Source: a virus. From it: a stretch of DNA of 64,000 bases. The stretch covers positions 3,961 through 67,960 of IMG/VR virus record IMGVR_UViG_3300036828_000247, one strand, 5' to 3'. Positions 8,844 to 18,699 of the stretch are shown piece after piece. The stretch's first letter is position 1; every line of letters begins with the position of its first letter. The notes below the pieces were generated by a model, which saw only the letters and a program-made list of their open reading frames with translations, was not told where the DNA came from and did no database searches. The position numbers were made by a program, and so were the translations under genes.

Positions 8844-10253
8844 TTACCGCTGTGCGAGCTGCACGAACGGGGTCAGTGTCGGGCCGTTGTTGTGCGGGGT
8901 GATCGGGCTCTGGATCCAGGGCCGACCATCCAGCCGCTCGATCACGCGGAATGCGGTCTTGTCGTTCTGGAACTTGTACTGCTCCGAGGACGCCGACTGC
9001 ATCATCTGCCGGTCACCGATCAGGTAGTACTGCATGTCCACGAACGAGAGGTCGCCAGGCGAGCCCAGGATCGGGGTCTTCTCCGTGAAGTACACCGGAC
9101 GACCCAGGATCGTGATCGGGGGAGTAGCCGAACCCGGGTTGGTGTAGTTACCCATCCACACCGGCCCACCACCCGTGCCCACGGACAGCGCCATGGTCGC
9201 GAGCTCGGGGAAGGTGTCGATGGAAGCCAGCCACACCGCGTTACCCAGCGCGGTCGGGAGCATGCGTGCGAACATCTTCACGACGTTCTCCCAGACGATC
9301 GTGCCGTTGGCCTGCGAGCCTTCCTTCGCCACGTTGACAGAGGCCGGGCAGTTGATGAAGCCCAGGGGCTCGCCCACGCCGGTCCCCGTCATGAACGCGA
9401 TGTCCTCGTACCAGGCGATGGCGCGCGGGAAGATCGTGTCGAAGAAACTGGCGAACGCCGGAGCGTCCGACAGCAGCTCGTTCGGCACTTCCGCGTAGCC
9501 GGTCAGCTTCTTGGCATCGAGCACGACGCGGCCGAACGTGGCCTGCGACTCGACCAGCTGCGCGGCCTCTTCGGTCCAGTAGCAGACCACGCCACCGAAC
9601 ACCGAGCTAACGTTGCTGGTTGTGTCGATCATCGGGATGGGAACCCGCAGCGAGTCCATCGGGATGACCTGGGCGCGCGGCCGCACCACGGCCGTTTCCA
9701 GCGCCACCTGGAGGATCTGGGTACGCAGGACTTCCGGGATCAGGAAGCCACCGTCGGCCGGGACCTCGGAGCCGAAGCTGTTCTGGATCTTCAGCATGTT
9801 CTGGCGCTTGCGCCCCAGTACCTCGGAGTTCTTGAGCACCTCGTACTTCGGCCAGATGGCCTGGAAGAACTCCGCCGTGTCCCTGAACCGCAGGTCCTCG
9901 GGGGTGTCCTTCTCCAGCCGGGCCCCGAACGAGCCGTGGTTGTAGGCTGCACCCTTCCCGTGGCTGACTGCCTTGACGTCGGCCGGGGAGTTCACGCCGC
10001 CCATGTTGAGCCGGCCGTTCATGGTCTGGCCGCCATTGGTCTTCATGAAGTCGGCCAGGCCGATCTGGACCTGCTCCTTGATCTGAGCCTGGAGGCTCTC
10101 GTCCTTGTTCATCTGGGCCTTGGCATAGACCCCGATGAACTCCTTGAACTTGCCCGGCTCGGACATCATTGCCCGGACGTTGCCGGTGTCGGCCAGGAAG
10201 TCTTCCAGCTCCTCAGCCTTGGTCGGAATATTGATTGTCGGCATCTCCGTCAT
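8844..10253 (-). CDS. Major capsid protein, HK97 fold with N-terminal delta domain
   Basis: DGGFLIPE, WTEEA, GTGVGEPLG, ILGRPV, FRVIERLDGRP motifs. Confidence 0.95.
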   Translation of the reverse strand: MTEMPTINIPTKAEELEDFLADTGNVRAMMSEPGKFKEFIGVYAKAQMNKDESLQAQIKEQVQIGLADFMKTNGGQTMNGRLNMGGVNSPADVKAVSHGKGAAYNHGSFGARLEKDTPEDLRFRDTAEFFQAIWPKYEVLKNSEVLGRKRQNMLKIQNSFGSEVPADGGFLIPEVLRTQILQVALETAVVRPRAQVIPMDSLRVPIPMIDTTSNVSSVFGGVVCYWTEEAAQLVESQATFGRVVLDAKKLTGYAEVPNELLSDAPAFASFFDTIFPRAIAWYEDIAFMTGTGVGEPLGFINCPASVNVAKEGSQANGTIVWENVVKMFARMLPTALGNAVWLASIDTFPELATMALSVGTGGGPVWMGNYTNPGSATPPITILGRPVYFTEKTPILGSPGDLSFVDMQYYLIGDRQMMQSASSEQYKFQNDKTAFRVIERLDGRPWIQSPITPHNNGPTLTPFVQLAQR

Positions 10254-11341
10254 GCTCCCTTCAGGGCTGCGAGGAACTGAGTGGCGTCCTCTTCGGTGGC
10301 CTCTGGCCATTCATTGATGACCGGAGGAGTCGGGTCCGCGTTGCCGTCCCCGCTGGGGAGGCCAAGCGCGCTGGCGTGCGCCAGCAGGTGGGCGTGCGCC
10401 GCATCCTTGTTCTTGAGATCCTGGGTCTGGTTCCAGCGGCCGAGGGCCGCAACCACGCCACCCTTGTCCGGGCCTGCGCCCGGGGACGAGTGATGCGGAA
10501 GGGCCCAGTGAGCCTGGGTTGCCGGGTCGCCGGAGCTCTTCTCACCGGCGCACACCTTGCTGTAGTCGCCGGCCGAGTGACAGGCAGCCATCGCGGCCGC
10601 AGCATCCCAGTCGAAAACCTCAACGTGGCCATCGGTGAACATGACCTGGATAAGGTTGCTGACCGGCTCGTTACCCCCGGTCGTGACCGGCTCGGGACGG
10701 TTCTGGCCCCGGAACACGCTCATGTCCCAGGTGTCCGCTGCCGGCACGACCTGTCGGCCAGCACCCGAGTCTAGGAACCGGTCAGCCAGGCCCACGTCGA
10801 TGGCCTCCTGGCCGCTGAACCAGGTCTCAGCCTTCATGATCTGGCGCCAGTAGTCAGGGGTACGGCCGGTGTGGTCGCTGTAGATGGAGGCGATGTTGTT
10901 GCTGGCGCGGTCCAGCCGCTCAGCCTGGTCCCGGAGGTCCTGGGCATTCCCGATGGCCATCGTGAAGCCATCGTGGACCATCATGGTTGCCTGCCGGGCG
11001 ATGAGAACCGGGTTGCCCGCCATAGCGATGACCGAGGCGATGGAGTACGCTGCCCCGTCAATCACGATGGAGACGTCCCGCCGCGAGCTCAGCGTGTTGT
11101 AGATGGCTATGCCGTCATCAACCTCGCCACCCGGGCTGTTGAGGTGAACCTCGATCGGCCCGGTGACGTCAGCCAGATCCCGGATCAGGTCCATGGCCGA
11201 TACGCCAAAGAATCCGATCTCGTCATAGATGTGAAGCTGAGTCGGCCCGCTGATCTGATTCCGGATCCTGTACCAGTCATTCCCGCCCTGGTGCAGGCCG
11301 TACATCTTCCTGGCCGTACGCCAGGGTGTGTTACGACTCAC
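10250..11341 (-). CDS. Capsid maturation protease, ClpP family
   Basis: HLNSPGGEV, AYSIASVIAMAG, MMVHD, ETWFSGQEAIDVGLAD. Confidence 0.93.
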   Translation of the reverse strand: MSRNTPWRTARKMYGLHQGGNDWYRIRNQISGPTQLHIYDEIGFFGVSAMDLIRDLADVTGPIEVHLNSPGGEVDDGIAIYNTLSSRRDVSIVIDGAAYSIASVIAMAGNPVLIARQATMMVHDGFTMAIGNAQDLRDQAERLDRASNNIASIYSDHTGRTPDYWRQIMKAETWFSGQEAIDVGLADRFLDSGAGRQVVPAADTWDMSVFRGQNRPEPVTTGGNEPVSNLIQVMFTDGHVEVFDWDAAAAMAACHSAGDYSKVCAGEKSSGDPATQAHWALPHHSSPGAGPDKGGVVAALGRWNQTQDLKNKDAAHAHLLAHASALGLPSGDGNADPTPPVINEWPEATEEDATQFLAALKGA

Positions 11342-11630
11342 TGTCCATTCCTTCCTCTTGGCGTTGATGGCCAGGATTGTTGAGGTGCATTAGCGCACCA
11401 CGATTGAAAACCATCCACGGAGGCATCGCTGGGCCGAAGACGGCCTGGTCCGGATCACCAGGCGGGTCTGGGTCGGGCTCCGTAACGACGACCGGCGGAG
11501 GGCTGGGCGTCTGCTCCTCTTCCGCACAGGCCTGGGCAAGGGCCAGCATGAGCCAGAGCCTGTCGAGATCTGCTGTCTTTGGCGTCGGCCGGTAGACCCC
11601 GGTCCGGAGCCACGGAGCATCACGTTTCAT
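11331..11630 (-). CDS. Hypothetical protein between portal and protease
   Basis: Fills the gap in operon orientation; start uncertain. Confidence 0.4.
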   Translation of the reverse strand: MKRDAPWLRTGVYRPTPKTADLDRLWLMLALAQACAEEEQTPSPPPVVVTEPDPDPPGDPDQAVFGPAMPPWMVFNRGALMHLNNPGHQRQEEGMDSES

Positions 11631-11644
11631 CCTCAGGATCCGGC

Positions 11645-13114
11645 TCACGACGTCAGCTCCAGGTGGCCATTGAGCCCGGCCCGTAGGACATTGGCCGCAC
11701 GCTCTGCCTCGATCTCGTTCACGGCATCCTGGAACGCTTCCCGGATATCCGCGGCAAACGTCAGGCCTGGAACCATGTCGGCCGGGGTGACAGATTTGCC
11801 AGGTGTAGGCGCTGGCGCCGGTTCGGTCTTGCCGCCAGCAGGTAGCGCTGGCTGTTCTGTGGCTCCCGGGACGGCAGCGGCACCAGCGGGGCTCGGGGTG
11901 GGCGGAGGCTTCCACGTCATGTCCGGAAGGCCCACTACCGTCAGCACCTCTGATGAGTCGTACCCAGCCTTGACAAGGGCAGCAGCCGCTGTAGACTTGA
12001 CGGTCAGCTCCTGTGCGGCCTCTGTAATGCTGTGTGTCTGTGGATCCTGGAAATCAAACTCAACGCCAGTCCCGGTGCTGCCGAACATCGGGAGGTAGAA
12101 CCCATTCATGGCGGTACGCTGCCGAGTCAGGCGTGGGATTTCCTGCCAGGCAATGTGGACATCCTCAGCCGTCTGGGCGTTGGCGCGGTTGACATCCTCG
12201 CTGTTACCCAACATTGCCTGGTGGACCCGGTATGCCTCACGGATGATGTCACGGCTGATCTTCCGGAGCTCCGGGAACTGCATGTCACGCATGGTGTAGG
12301 TATTGGCGATCCACTGGGCACCCTGCTCCAGGATGCCAACGCGGTGACCCCGAGCGACGCCCTGATGCTGCTCGCGCCAGCGGGAGGTGAACTCGTCAAA
12401 CTCGTCATCGCTCAGCCGCTTGCTGAACTGGACGATCCCGCCCGGGGTGGCTGAGTTGAGGAAGAAGTTGCGTGACCACTCGGCCGTGTACTTTGCCGCG
12501 TCGATATCCGCCATGATCGACTGGACCGGGCTGAGGCCCCGGTAAAGGTCACTGGGGTTGGGATACTTGATCTGGATGACCTCGTTAACATCCAGGGGCA
12601 CGGTCTCGCCGTTGGGGCCGGTGTAAACCCAGCCCTTCAGGAACTTGTCGCGGTCTGGTACCGGCTCCATCCTGTCAGGCCGCACCGGCCACATCTCGAT
12701 GGGAATCCCGAGGCCGGAGGCTCCGCGGTTCAGAACCCAGTACCATTCCCCGACCAGCTCCATGTGCTGCCAGCCGATCTCCATGAACATGTCGCCAGTC
12801 ATGAAGTCATTGGGCCGGTTCCAGAGCTTCAGCGCCTGATGCTGCAACACCTCGACCCGCTGGTCGCTACCAAGGTCCACGCTGGAATAGCGCACCCGAT
12901 TATCCTGGTTAATCCGGTACATATTCCACTGAGAGCGTGAGACCCCGGTACTCAGCAGCTGAACGATGGCGAACAGGGTGCCCTGGCCGCTCATGGCCGC
13001 CAGCTGGGTAGTCATGCCGGCCCCGGTCATACTGGTGCCACCGTAGCTGACCCGGTTCGGCGCCATGGGCAGCGGGCGGAGCGCCATGGCCTTGCTTATC
13101 AGAGACTTAGGCAT
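11645..13114 (-). CDS. Portal protein, HK97 family
   Basis: NRPNDFMTG, ELVGEWYW, YRGLSPV, FFLNSATPGG, DMQFPELR, NRANA. Confidence 0.93.
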   Translation of the reverse strand: MPKSLISKAMALRPLPMAPNRVSYGGTSMTGAGMTTQLAAMSGQGTLFAIVQLLSTGVSRSQWNMYRINQDNRVRYSSVDLGSDQRVEVLQHQALKLWNRPNDFMTGDMFMEIGWQHMELVGEWYWVLNRGASGLGIPIEMWPVRPDRMEPVPDRDKFLKGWVYTGPNGETVPLDVNEVIQIKYPNPSDLYRGLSPVQSIMADIDAAKYTAEWSRNFFLNSATPGGIVQFSKRLSDDEFDEFTSRWREQHQGVARGHRVGILEQGAQWIANTYTMRDMQFPELRKISRDIIREAYRVHQAMLGNSEDVNRANAQTAEDVHIAWQEIPRLTRQRTAMNGFYLPMFGSTGTGVEFDFQDPQTHSITEAAQELTVKSTAAAALVKAGYDSSEVLTVVGLPDMTWKPPPTPSPAGAAAVPGATEQPALPAGGKTEPAPAPTPGKSVTPADMVPGLTFAADIREAFQDAVNEIEAERAANVLRAGLNGHLELTS

Positions 13115-13162
13115 GGGGCACCCCATTCCCGCCCTTGTTGTGGATCCAGAGCAGCCAGATGA

Positions 13163-13429
13163 TCACGGCGGAGAGAATGAAGTCCCCGGCCGCAAGGATC
13201 GTTGCCAGCACCGCCCACATAATTCACCCCGCGTCACCTTCGCGAACTCCTCGCAGCACAGCACGACTACCCGGCTACGAATCTCATCGGGCAGGATGAA
13301 CTCCAGCCGGTCCCGGTACTCCTGGTAATCGGCCATGCTCGTCCGGAGCGGCAGCCTAACGGCCAGGTACTCGTCCGGGCCAACCACCAGGCTGGTCTGG
13401 AAGAGCTCATTGGCCGACGGCATGCCCAT
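13163..13429 (-). CDS. Hypothetical protein
   Basis: Operon-coupled small ORF. Confidence 0.45.
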   Translation of the reverse strand: MGMPSANELFQTSLVVGPDEYLAVRLPLRTSMADYQEYRDRLEFILPDEIRSRVVVLCCEEFAKVTRGELCGRCWQRSLRPGTSFSPP

Positions 13430-13674
13430 CAGTGGCTGCCGTTCTCATAAATCCTGGCCCGGATGAAGGCATCGCGGGCATCTGCGAGGGAGGTGAGGGC
13501 CCGTGTGAGCTCCGGATCGTCTCTGGTGATACGCACCAGCATCTCCTGCGCCACCCGGCCCATCGCCATAGCGATCTGGCGCGCGTCCGGATCGGTCAGG
13601 TGGTCCAGCTCGAATCGGCGCGCAGCATCCTGGACAGCCCGGTGCCGGCCGGTCGTGTCTAGCAGGCTCATCAC
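13429..13674 (-). CDS. Small helical protein
   Basis: PELTRALTSLADARDAFIRA; coupled stops and starts. Confidence 0.55.
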   Translation of the reverse strand: MMSLLDTTGRHRAVQDAARRFELDHLTDPDARQIAMAMGRVAQEMLVRITRDDPELTRALTSLADARDAFIRARIYENGSH

Positions 13675-14006
13675 TCACTCACCTTCCACTCGAAGACAAT
13701 GAACATCAGCCCGGTCAGCAGCAGCCCGGTGAACGTGCTGTGGACGAACCCAGCTGCGCTGATACAGCCCAGCCCTGCGATGGTGTAGAAGTGGTCTGCC
13801 AGCTGTGCGGCGCTTACCCTAGCCGTTGCCCGGAGGCTCGGCCCGACGACCGCTACAGCCCCAATCAGGGCCGCATAGGCGGCAGCCCGGGACCTAGCCA
13901 CTAGCCCCGGCCGCGCGAGTGTCTCGGTAGTCATACGGAACACCACCCGCATCCCGTCCGGTGCTGCCGCCTGTGTCCCCACAGAGGACGCCAGCGACAG
14001 CCGCAC
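13671..14006 (-). CDS. Membrane protein
   Basis: Two to three hydrophobic segments; between terminase and portal. Confidence 0.55.
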   Translation of the reverse strand: MRLSLASSVGTQAAAPDGMRVVFRMTTETLARPGLVARSRAAAYAALIGAVAVVGPSLRATARVSAAQLADHFYTIAGLGCISAAGFVHSTFTGLLLTGLMFIVFEWKVSE

Positions 14007-14055
14007 CGGCAGTCATGCCGCCAGACAGCAGCCCGTACGAGTGCCCTCTCAATGT

Positions 14056-15405
14056 TCATACCTGGAAGCTCCTGTAGATTACGCGGACGCCGAAGTCACG
14101 GTCGGCCACGACATAGCGCATCGCGTCACATCCGTGGTCATCATTCTTGACCGGGGCGTCCTTCCCGTTGGTAGCCCAGACATAGCCCGGAATTTCCTCG
14201 ATGGTGCAGCAAGGTCGTCCCGAGTCCACCAGCTCCGGATCCTTCCGCACGATGGCGTCCCGCAGGAAGTAGATGCGCCGCCGGCCATCGCCTGGGTCAC
14301 GGAATCGGATCTGGCACGCCTCGATGCCCTCCAGAACGCTCTTGTGTGCCGGCTGTGTAGACAGCCCAAGGTCCCGCTCTAGTACGGCCCGGCCCTCGGC
14401 GTCATGGTCGCACACGACAGCCGAGGGCTTTGGCTCCCGCCACTTCCCGCCCGGGGCCACGATGCCCAGGATCTCCTTCGCATGGACGTCCACCGTCCGG
14501 TGCGTGTGGTAGATCTCCCGGTACAGGTACAGCCGGCCATCGCCGTCCTCCGCCCAGCACTGGAGCACAAACGGGTTGACGTATCCGAAGTCAACGGCCC
14601 AGAACCTGCGCCACGACAGCGGCACCCCGCACCAGTCGGTCGGCTCGTTGCTGACCGGGATTGCGTCAATGACGTGGATCTCCTGCTCAAAGTCCTCGTA
14701 GATCACACCCTCAACAGCAGCCCACCGGCCCATGCGGAGCCGGAGATACCGCACGCCGCTCAGCCGGTCCAGCTTGCCCAGGTAGTCAGCCCCGCGCTCG
14801 GTCAGCTTCCCGTCCGGGGCGAACAGCACCGGGTTGTCCTCGTGCCACACTTCCAGCATCGTCGTGCGGCCGGTGTCGCACCTCTTCTTCAGCCAGTGCG
14901 TCGGCTGGGCAGGGTTGCAGTCACCCATGAGCTGCTGGAAGCTGACCTGCCAGTTCCTCAGCCGGGTCGTGAGCGCTTCCCAGTCACCCTCAGTCAGCTC
15001 GGTAGCTTCCTGGACATAGATCACGTCATACTCAGAGGACATGATCTTGGTAACCTTGTCCAGCCCACCAATAGCAATCACGGAGCCGTTGCTGTAGCGA
15101 TAAGCCGACGGCTCCTGCGTGCTCCCGCCGTAGTATGTTATGTCCCCAGTCAGCAGAGCCTCGTTAGCCACGAACCGTCTCCACGTCACGAGCGCGGTGG
15201 AGGACAGGGTGGCGGCCGTCTTGCGGCAGATCAGCCCGCGCATCCCCGGGTTGAGCAGCGCCATCACATGGAGCTTCTCCATGCAGGCTCGTGACTTGCC
15301 GGTTCCGGCCGGACCGCTCAGCAGGACCTCGGCGTCACGGCAGTCAAACAGCTCGTCACACTGGCCCCACGGCTCATAGACATGCTCAGCTGGCGCGGGC
15401 ACCAC
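14056..15405 (-). CDS. terL: Terminase large subunit (PBSX-like)
   Basis: Walker A GPAGTGKS, YVQEATE, DCNP, AVDFGYVNP, DDHGCDAMRY. Confidence 0.95.
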   Translation of the reverse strand: MVPAPAEHVYEPWGQCDELFDCRDAEVLLSGPAGTGKSRACMEKLHVMALLNPGMRGLICRKTAATLSSTALVTWRRFVANEALLTGDITYYGGSTQEPSAYRYSNGSVIAIGGLDKVTKIMSSEYDVIYVQEATELTEGDWEALTTRLRNWQVSFQQLMGDCNPAQPTHWLKKRCDTGRTTMLEVWHEDNPVLFAPDGKLTERGADYLGKLDRLSGVRYLRLRMGRWAAVEGVIYEDFEQEIHVIDAIPVSNEPTDWCGVPLSWRRFWAVDFGYVNPFVLQCWAEDGDGRLYLYREIYHTHRTVDVHAKEILGIVAPGGKWREPKPSAVVCDHDAEGRAVLERDLGLSTQPAHKSVLEGIEACQIRFRDPGDGRRRIYFLRDAIVRKDPELVDSGRPCCTIEEIPGYVWATNGKDAPVKNDDHGCDAMRYVVADRDFGVRVIYRSFQV

Positions 15406-15615
15406 CGCCCCGCTCCCTGCCCAGTTGTTCGGTGACCCGGTTCTTTCTCGGGAGTCCCGAGGAAGCCAGCCACAGACTCCGGAGCGTCGCCCCGGCGCTG
15501 ACCGTCATATCGCTGCCGTATGGCGAGCGGGACGGCCCACGGCCGTGCCCGGTCCAGACATGGCGCTGTCGCGTCAGCCTGCCGCCATTGAGCTGCCTCA
15601 GCCTTCTTGTGTTGC

Positions 15616-15837
15616 TCATAGTGCCACCCGGTATCCGTCGCAGCTGATACAGAATACAACGTCGTTCTTCTTCGGGGCTACCATGAACGTCCGTGTGTGC
15701 CCGCAGCCGAGCTTCCGCTGCAGTGCCCGGGGCCCAGCACTAGCCCGGTCCCATCCGTGGGGTGTCTCCGGGAGGTCAGTGGCCCGCTGCCCGCTGTGCG
15801 CCGTGTGCTTCCTTGGCCTCGCCCCGTTGCTAGGCAT
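15616..15837 (-). CDS. Small Zn-binding protein
   Basis: LGCGH...VFCISCDGY. Confidence 0.45.
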   Translation of the reverse strand: MPSNGARPRKHTAHSGQRATDLPETPHGWDRASAGPRALQRKLGCGHTRTFMVAPKKNDVVFCISCDGYRVAL

Positions 15838-16225
15838 GCAGCACCGTCTCCCGCACCTGGCTGTCAGCCCCGAGCCGGCGAAGCACCCTCTGCCTGACAT
15901 CGATCAGCAGTCCCTCGCTGAACATGGCCCGGTCTAGCGCCTCGGCAAGCGGTCCGACCAGAACCGGGTCCACGGCCCGCGTCGTCTCGCGTGGGTCAAC
16001 GGCGCCACTAACCGCAATCTCTGCATGGGCACAGAGCGGACAGCGATTTCGCAGGAGCCCGCCATTCGCTGCCGCGATGGCCCGCCAGGCAGCGTTACAC
16101 GCCGCACACTGCGCAATCTCGCGTCCCTCCACCGGGCAGACCCAGGCCACGACAGCATCCTGCCCGCACCCGGGGTAATCAGGGTTGTTCCGGGTATCGC
16201 AGTACCACCCGTGGGCCGTCCTCAT
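15830..16225 (-). CDS. Cys-rich hypothetical protein
   Basis: Several CxxC motifs; operon orientation. Confidence 0.5.
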   Translation of the reverse strand: MRTAHGWYCDTRNNPDYPGCGQDAVVAWVCPVEGREIAQCAACNAAWRAIAAANGGLLRNRCPLCAHAEIAVSGAVDPRETTRAVDPVLVGPLAEALDRAMFSEGLLIDVRQRVLRRLGADSQVRETVLHA

Positions 16226-16234
16226 GGCGCCGTG

Positions 16235-16747
16235 CTAGGTGAGGCTGTCACGGTGGCTCCCTGCCTCAATCACATAGCGGACAACGTTGGAGTCTTCCTC
16301 GTCCCGGGTGGCTGTTATATTACGCCCGCGAGGCTCGATCTCGTCCGCGACCGCCTTGAACAGCGCCAGCTTGGACTTGATCAGGGAGTGGTGCCGCCTG
16401 GATCCGAGCCCGCCAAGGATGATATCGCCGGTGTCTTCGCTGCCCGGCTCGGCCTGGGCCCGCATGGCCCGGAGCACAAGGTCCAGATCCTCGATGTCCG
16501 CCTGATATTCAGCCAGCCGATTCTGCTTCTTGGTGACCCACAGGCCGCTAGTCTCGATGGCGAGCCGTCCCGCCAGCGCAGCCCGGACCTCGGTCACCTC
16601 ATCAGCGAACGTCTCAGCGAACCGCGTAATGTCAGCGATGTCCGTTCCACAGGCGTCCGCGAGTTCCCGGCTGCTCCACTCACCCATGGCCAGGTCACGG
16701 ATCAGGGCAAGCCTCGCCCGCCCACGGTACTCCATGACATCCGCCAT
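16235..16747 (-). CDS. Probable terminase small subunit / HTH protein
   Basis: N-terminal HTH-like WSSRELADACG, coiled coil, C-terminal VVRYVIE; upstream of terL. Confidence 0.55.
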   Translation of the reverse strand: MADVMEYRGRARLALIRDLAMGEWSSRELADACGTDIADITRFAETFADEVTEVRAALAGRLAIETSGLWVTKKQNRLAEYQADIEDLDLVLRAMRAQAEPGSEDTGDIILGGLGSRRHHSLIKSKLALFKAVADEIEPRGRNITATRDEEDSNVVRYVIEAGSHRDSLT

Positions 16748-17068
16748 GCGCGCGCCTCCCCGCTGGGCCCGGACGGCACACTGGGCGGCACCGTCCGGGA
16801 GCTAAGGGCTCGTCACCGGCAGGCCGGGGCTGTGAGGACGAATCACCCGGGCCGGAAGGATACGCCACCGGATGTGGGTCCGGCTAGGGGCAAAGTCCGA
16901 CGAAATCTAGTGCGCGAAAGCCCCCATGTTACATGGTGGTTACCCATCAGTAACTGGGGGCTTCTTCGCGGATACCGCCTGGTTAGCGGGTGGTTAGCGG
17001 CTCATCGCTGAGATAGTTGTCCCCGATGCGGACACGGATGTGGTTCTGCTGGTCATGCACCTCTGTGC

Positions 17069-17257
17069 TCATGGGCGCGTGCTATCTGGGCTACCGTACC
17101 GCTGCCGGATATATCCGAGGCCCCAGGAAATCTGGTTCTCGGGCCGCATCCTGGTGCGTCGGCCGGTGGCGTCCCGCCACATCCACTCCCGGCGGAACGG
17201 GCCGGTCAGGTCAGCCCAGCGATATGTCCTGCCCCAGTGCCAGTTCTTCGGGTTCAT
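17069..17257 (-). CDS. Small ORF carrying a copy of the tape-measure transglycosylase motif (NQISWGLGYIRQRYGSP)
   Basis: GAGGAAG RBS; peptide match to the tape measure at 63841-63912. Confidence 0.45.
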   Translation of the reverse strand: MNPKNWHWGRTYRWADLTGPFRREWMWRDATGRRTRMRPENQISWGLGYIRQRYGSPDSTRP

Positions 17258-17351
17258 GGCTGCTTCCTCTCTCCTGGCGCCTGCTCACCGCGGCCGGGTC
17301 GTCCGCTGTTCTTCGGCCGGGTGTCGCGATACTGGCTTCTTGACCGCGCGC

Positions 17352-17615
17352 TCACAGGATGTCGCCCGTGCCCGGCTTGCGGGGCCTCAGGACACGGTGT
17401 GGTGCCGGGGCCTCCACCGCTAGACCCTGGCGCTCAGCGACGGGGGCCTCGGCCTGCTTCAGGACAGCGACAAAGTCGGTCATGAGGAATGGGTCAGACA
17501 CGCCATAACGTCTGGCCGTAGCGACGAGCTGGGCGACCTCTGCGCGGAAGTCATGGCGCGCGGCGTCCTGTAGGAAGTCGGACGTACCTTCCTCGGGGGT
17601 GGGGGTGGCTGTCAT
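17352..17615 (-). CDS. Hypothetical protein, probably leaderless
   Basis: TAGCCA-17-TAGGAT promoter with ATG 6 nt downstream. Confidence 0.55.
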   Translation of the reverse strand: MTATPTPEEGTSDFLQDAARHDFRAEVAQLVATARRYGVSDPFLMTDFVAVLKQAEAPVAERQGLAVEAPAPHRVLRPRKPGTGDIL

Positions 17616-17621
17616 CCCGCT

Positions 17622-17650
17622 ATCCTACGCCTCCGCCTCGTGCCTGGCTA
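17622..17650 (-). promoter_or_regulatory. Phage promoter TAGCCA-N17-TAGGAT
   Basis: Matches the genome-wide promoter family. Confidence 0.6.
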
Positions 17651-17869
17651 GGGCAGGGTGTGCCCCGCTGCCTCCTGCCGGATGTGACGACGGCCGCACT
17701 CTATGGCTGCTGTCTGGGTGCGGTGTCTGTGCTCGCACTCCCATCCCGGGGCCGTGCCGTGGAAAGCCGGAGCCTTCCTCTGTGATCTCCCGGTAAAGCT
17801 GCCGGACAGCAGGATCGTGCGGAACGGCCCGAGGTGCGGGCCTCGGACGTACCAGCGTGGACCTCTCAT
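17648..17869 (-). CDS. Small basic hypothetical protein
   Basis: TATAAT, then ACCGAGCGAAGGAGAAG RBS upstream. Confidence 0.55.
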   Translation of the reverse strand: MRGPRWYVRGPHLGPFRTILLSGSFTGRSQRKAPAFHGTAPGWECEHRHRTQTAAIECGRRHIRQEAAGHTLP

Positions 17870-17918
17870 TGTCTTCTCCTTCGCTCGGTGGCCTTATTAT
17901 ACGCGCGTACGCGGGGCA

Positions 17919-18215
17919 CTACCAGCGGGTCACCCGGGTGAGCTCGCTGAGGTGGGGGAGGCCGGGGATGGCAAGAACCTCGGGCATGGTGCGGACGAAC
18001 CAGATGGCCTGATTGCCTTCCTGCTGGTGGGTGACCTTGAACTGCTTTCCGTCGAGCGGTCGCGCCGTGCATGAGTCGCTGCCCTTTCCTGAGGTCATGC
18101 GCATGTCGATTGCCTCGATGGCCCAGCCTGCGCCACTGGCCTTCATGCCTGCCTCTCTCGGGAGGTACACCACGCCGCGCCATGGGCGCTTCTGGCTCAG
18201 CCGTTTTGCTATCAC
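17919..18215 (-). CDS. Hypothetical protein
   Basis: ORF in leftward orientation; no motif recognised. Confidence 0.35.
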   Translation of the reverse strand: MIAKRLSQKRPWRGVVYLPREAGMKASGAGWAIEAIDMRMTSGKGSDSCTARPLDGKQFKVTHQQEGNQAIWFVRTMPEVLAIPGLPHLSELTRVTRW

Positions 18216-18699
18216 AACGTAAGCCTATTTGCAATGCGAGGATGGTCTGACCTGCAATCCAGTGGAACTGCTGGATTGTGCGCTGGGGAGAGGTGGTACT
18301 GCATTCCAGGGGAACGCAGAAATTGAGCCCGGTGGAGAACAGGTACGCAATCTGCATGCAGGCATTCTTCTGGACTTCTCGCGCACACAGCACTGCCACG
18401 GCAGTCCCTGGCCAGGCACTCCTGGCCACGGGGGCCTCCCCAGGCACTCCGGCACCACCCCCGGTGGGTACCGTCCCTCCGGCGAGGTACCGTCCCTCCT
18501 GCCGACCTACCCGGTCGCGGGTCCTACCGGGTGCGTGAGCGGGCAGTGCCCGCACACTCAGCCCTAGCGCCATAGGCACCCACCCCACGGGGGTGGTAGC
18601 CAGGGTAACCCTCCTGCACCGAACCGCACACGCGCACCGGGACACACGTGCCAGTCCCGAGCCGGCGACCCATCTGGCCACTGTGGTTACTGCAGGTAA

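Noticed and set aside
6619-9770. DGR template/variable repeat pair (capsid peptide copy)
   Set aside because: Differences are synonymous and not adenine-specific, the copy is only 36 nt, and no reverse transcriptase was recognised.
8892-10280. Long antisense ORFs (also 14404-15294, 46240-47679, 47597-49048, 16025-17011)
   Set aside because: Shadow frames of well-supported genes in high-GC DNA.
13671-14006. Holin assignment
   Set aside because: A membrane protein, but far from the endolysin and without diagnostic features; left unassigned.
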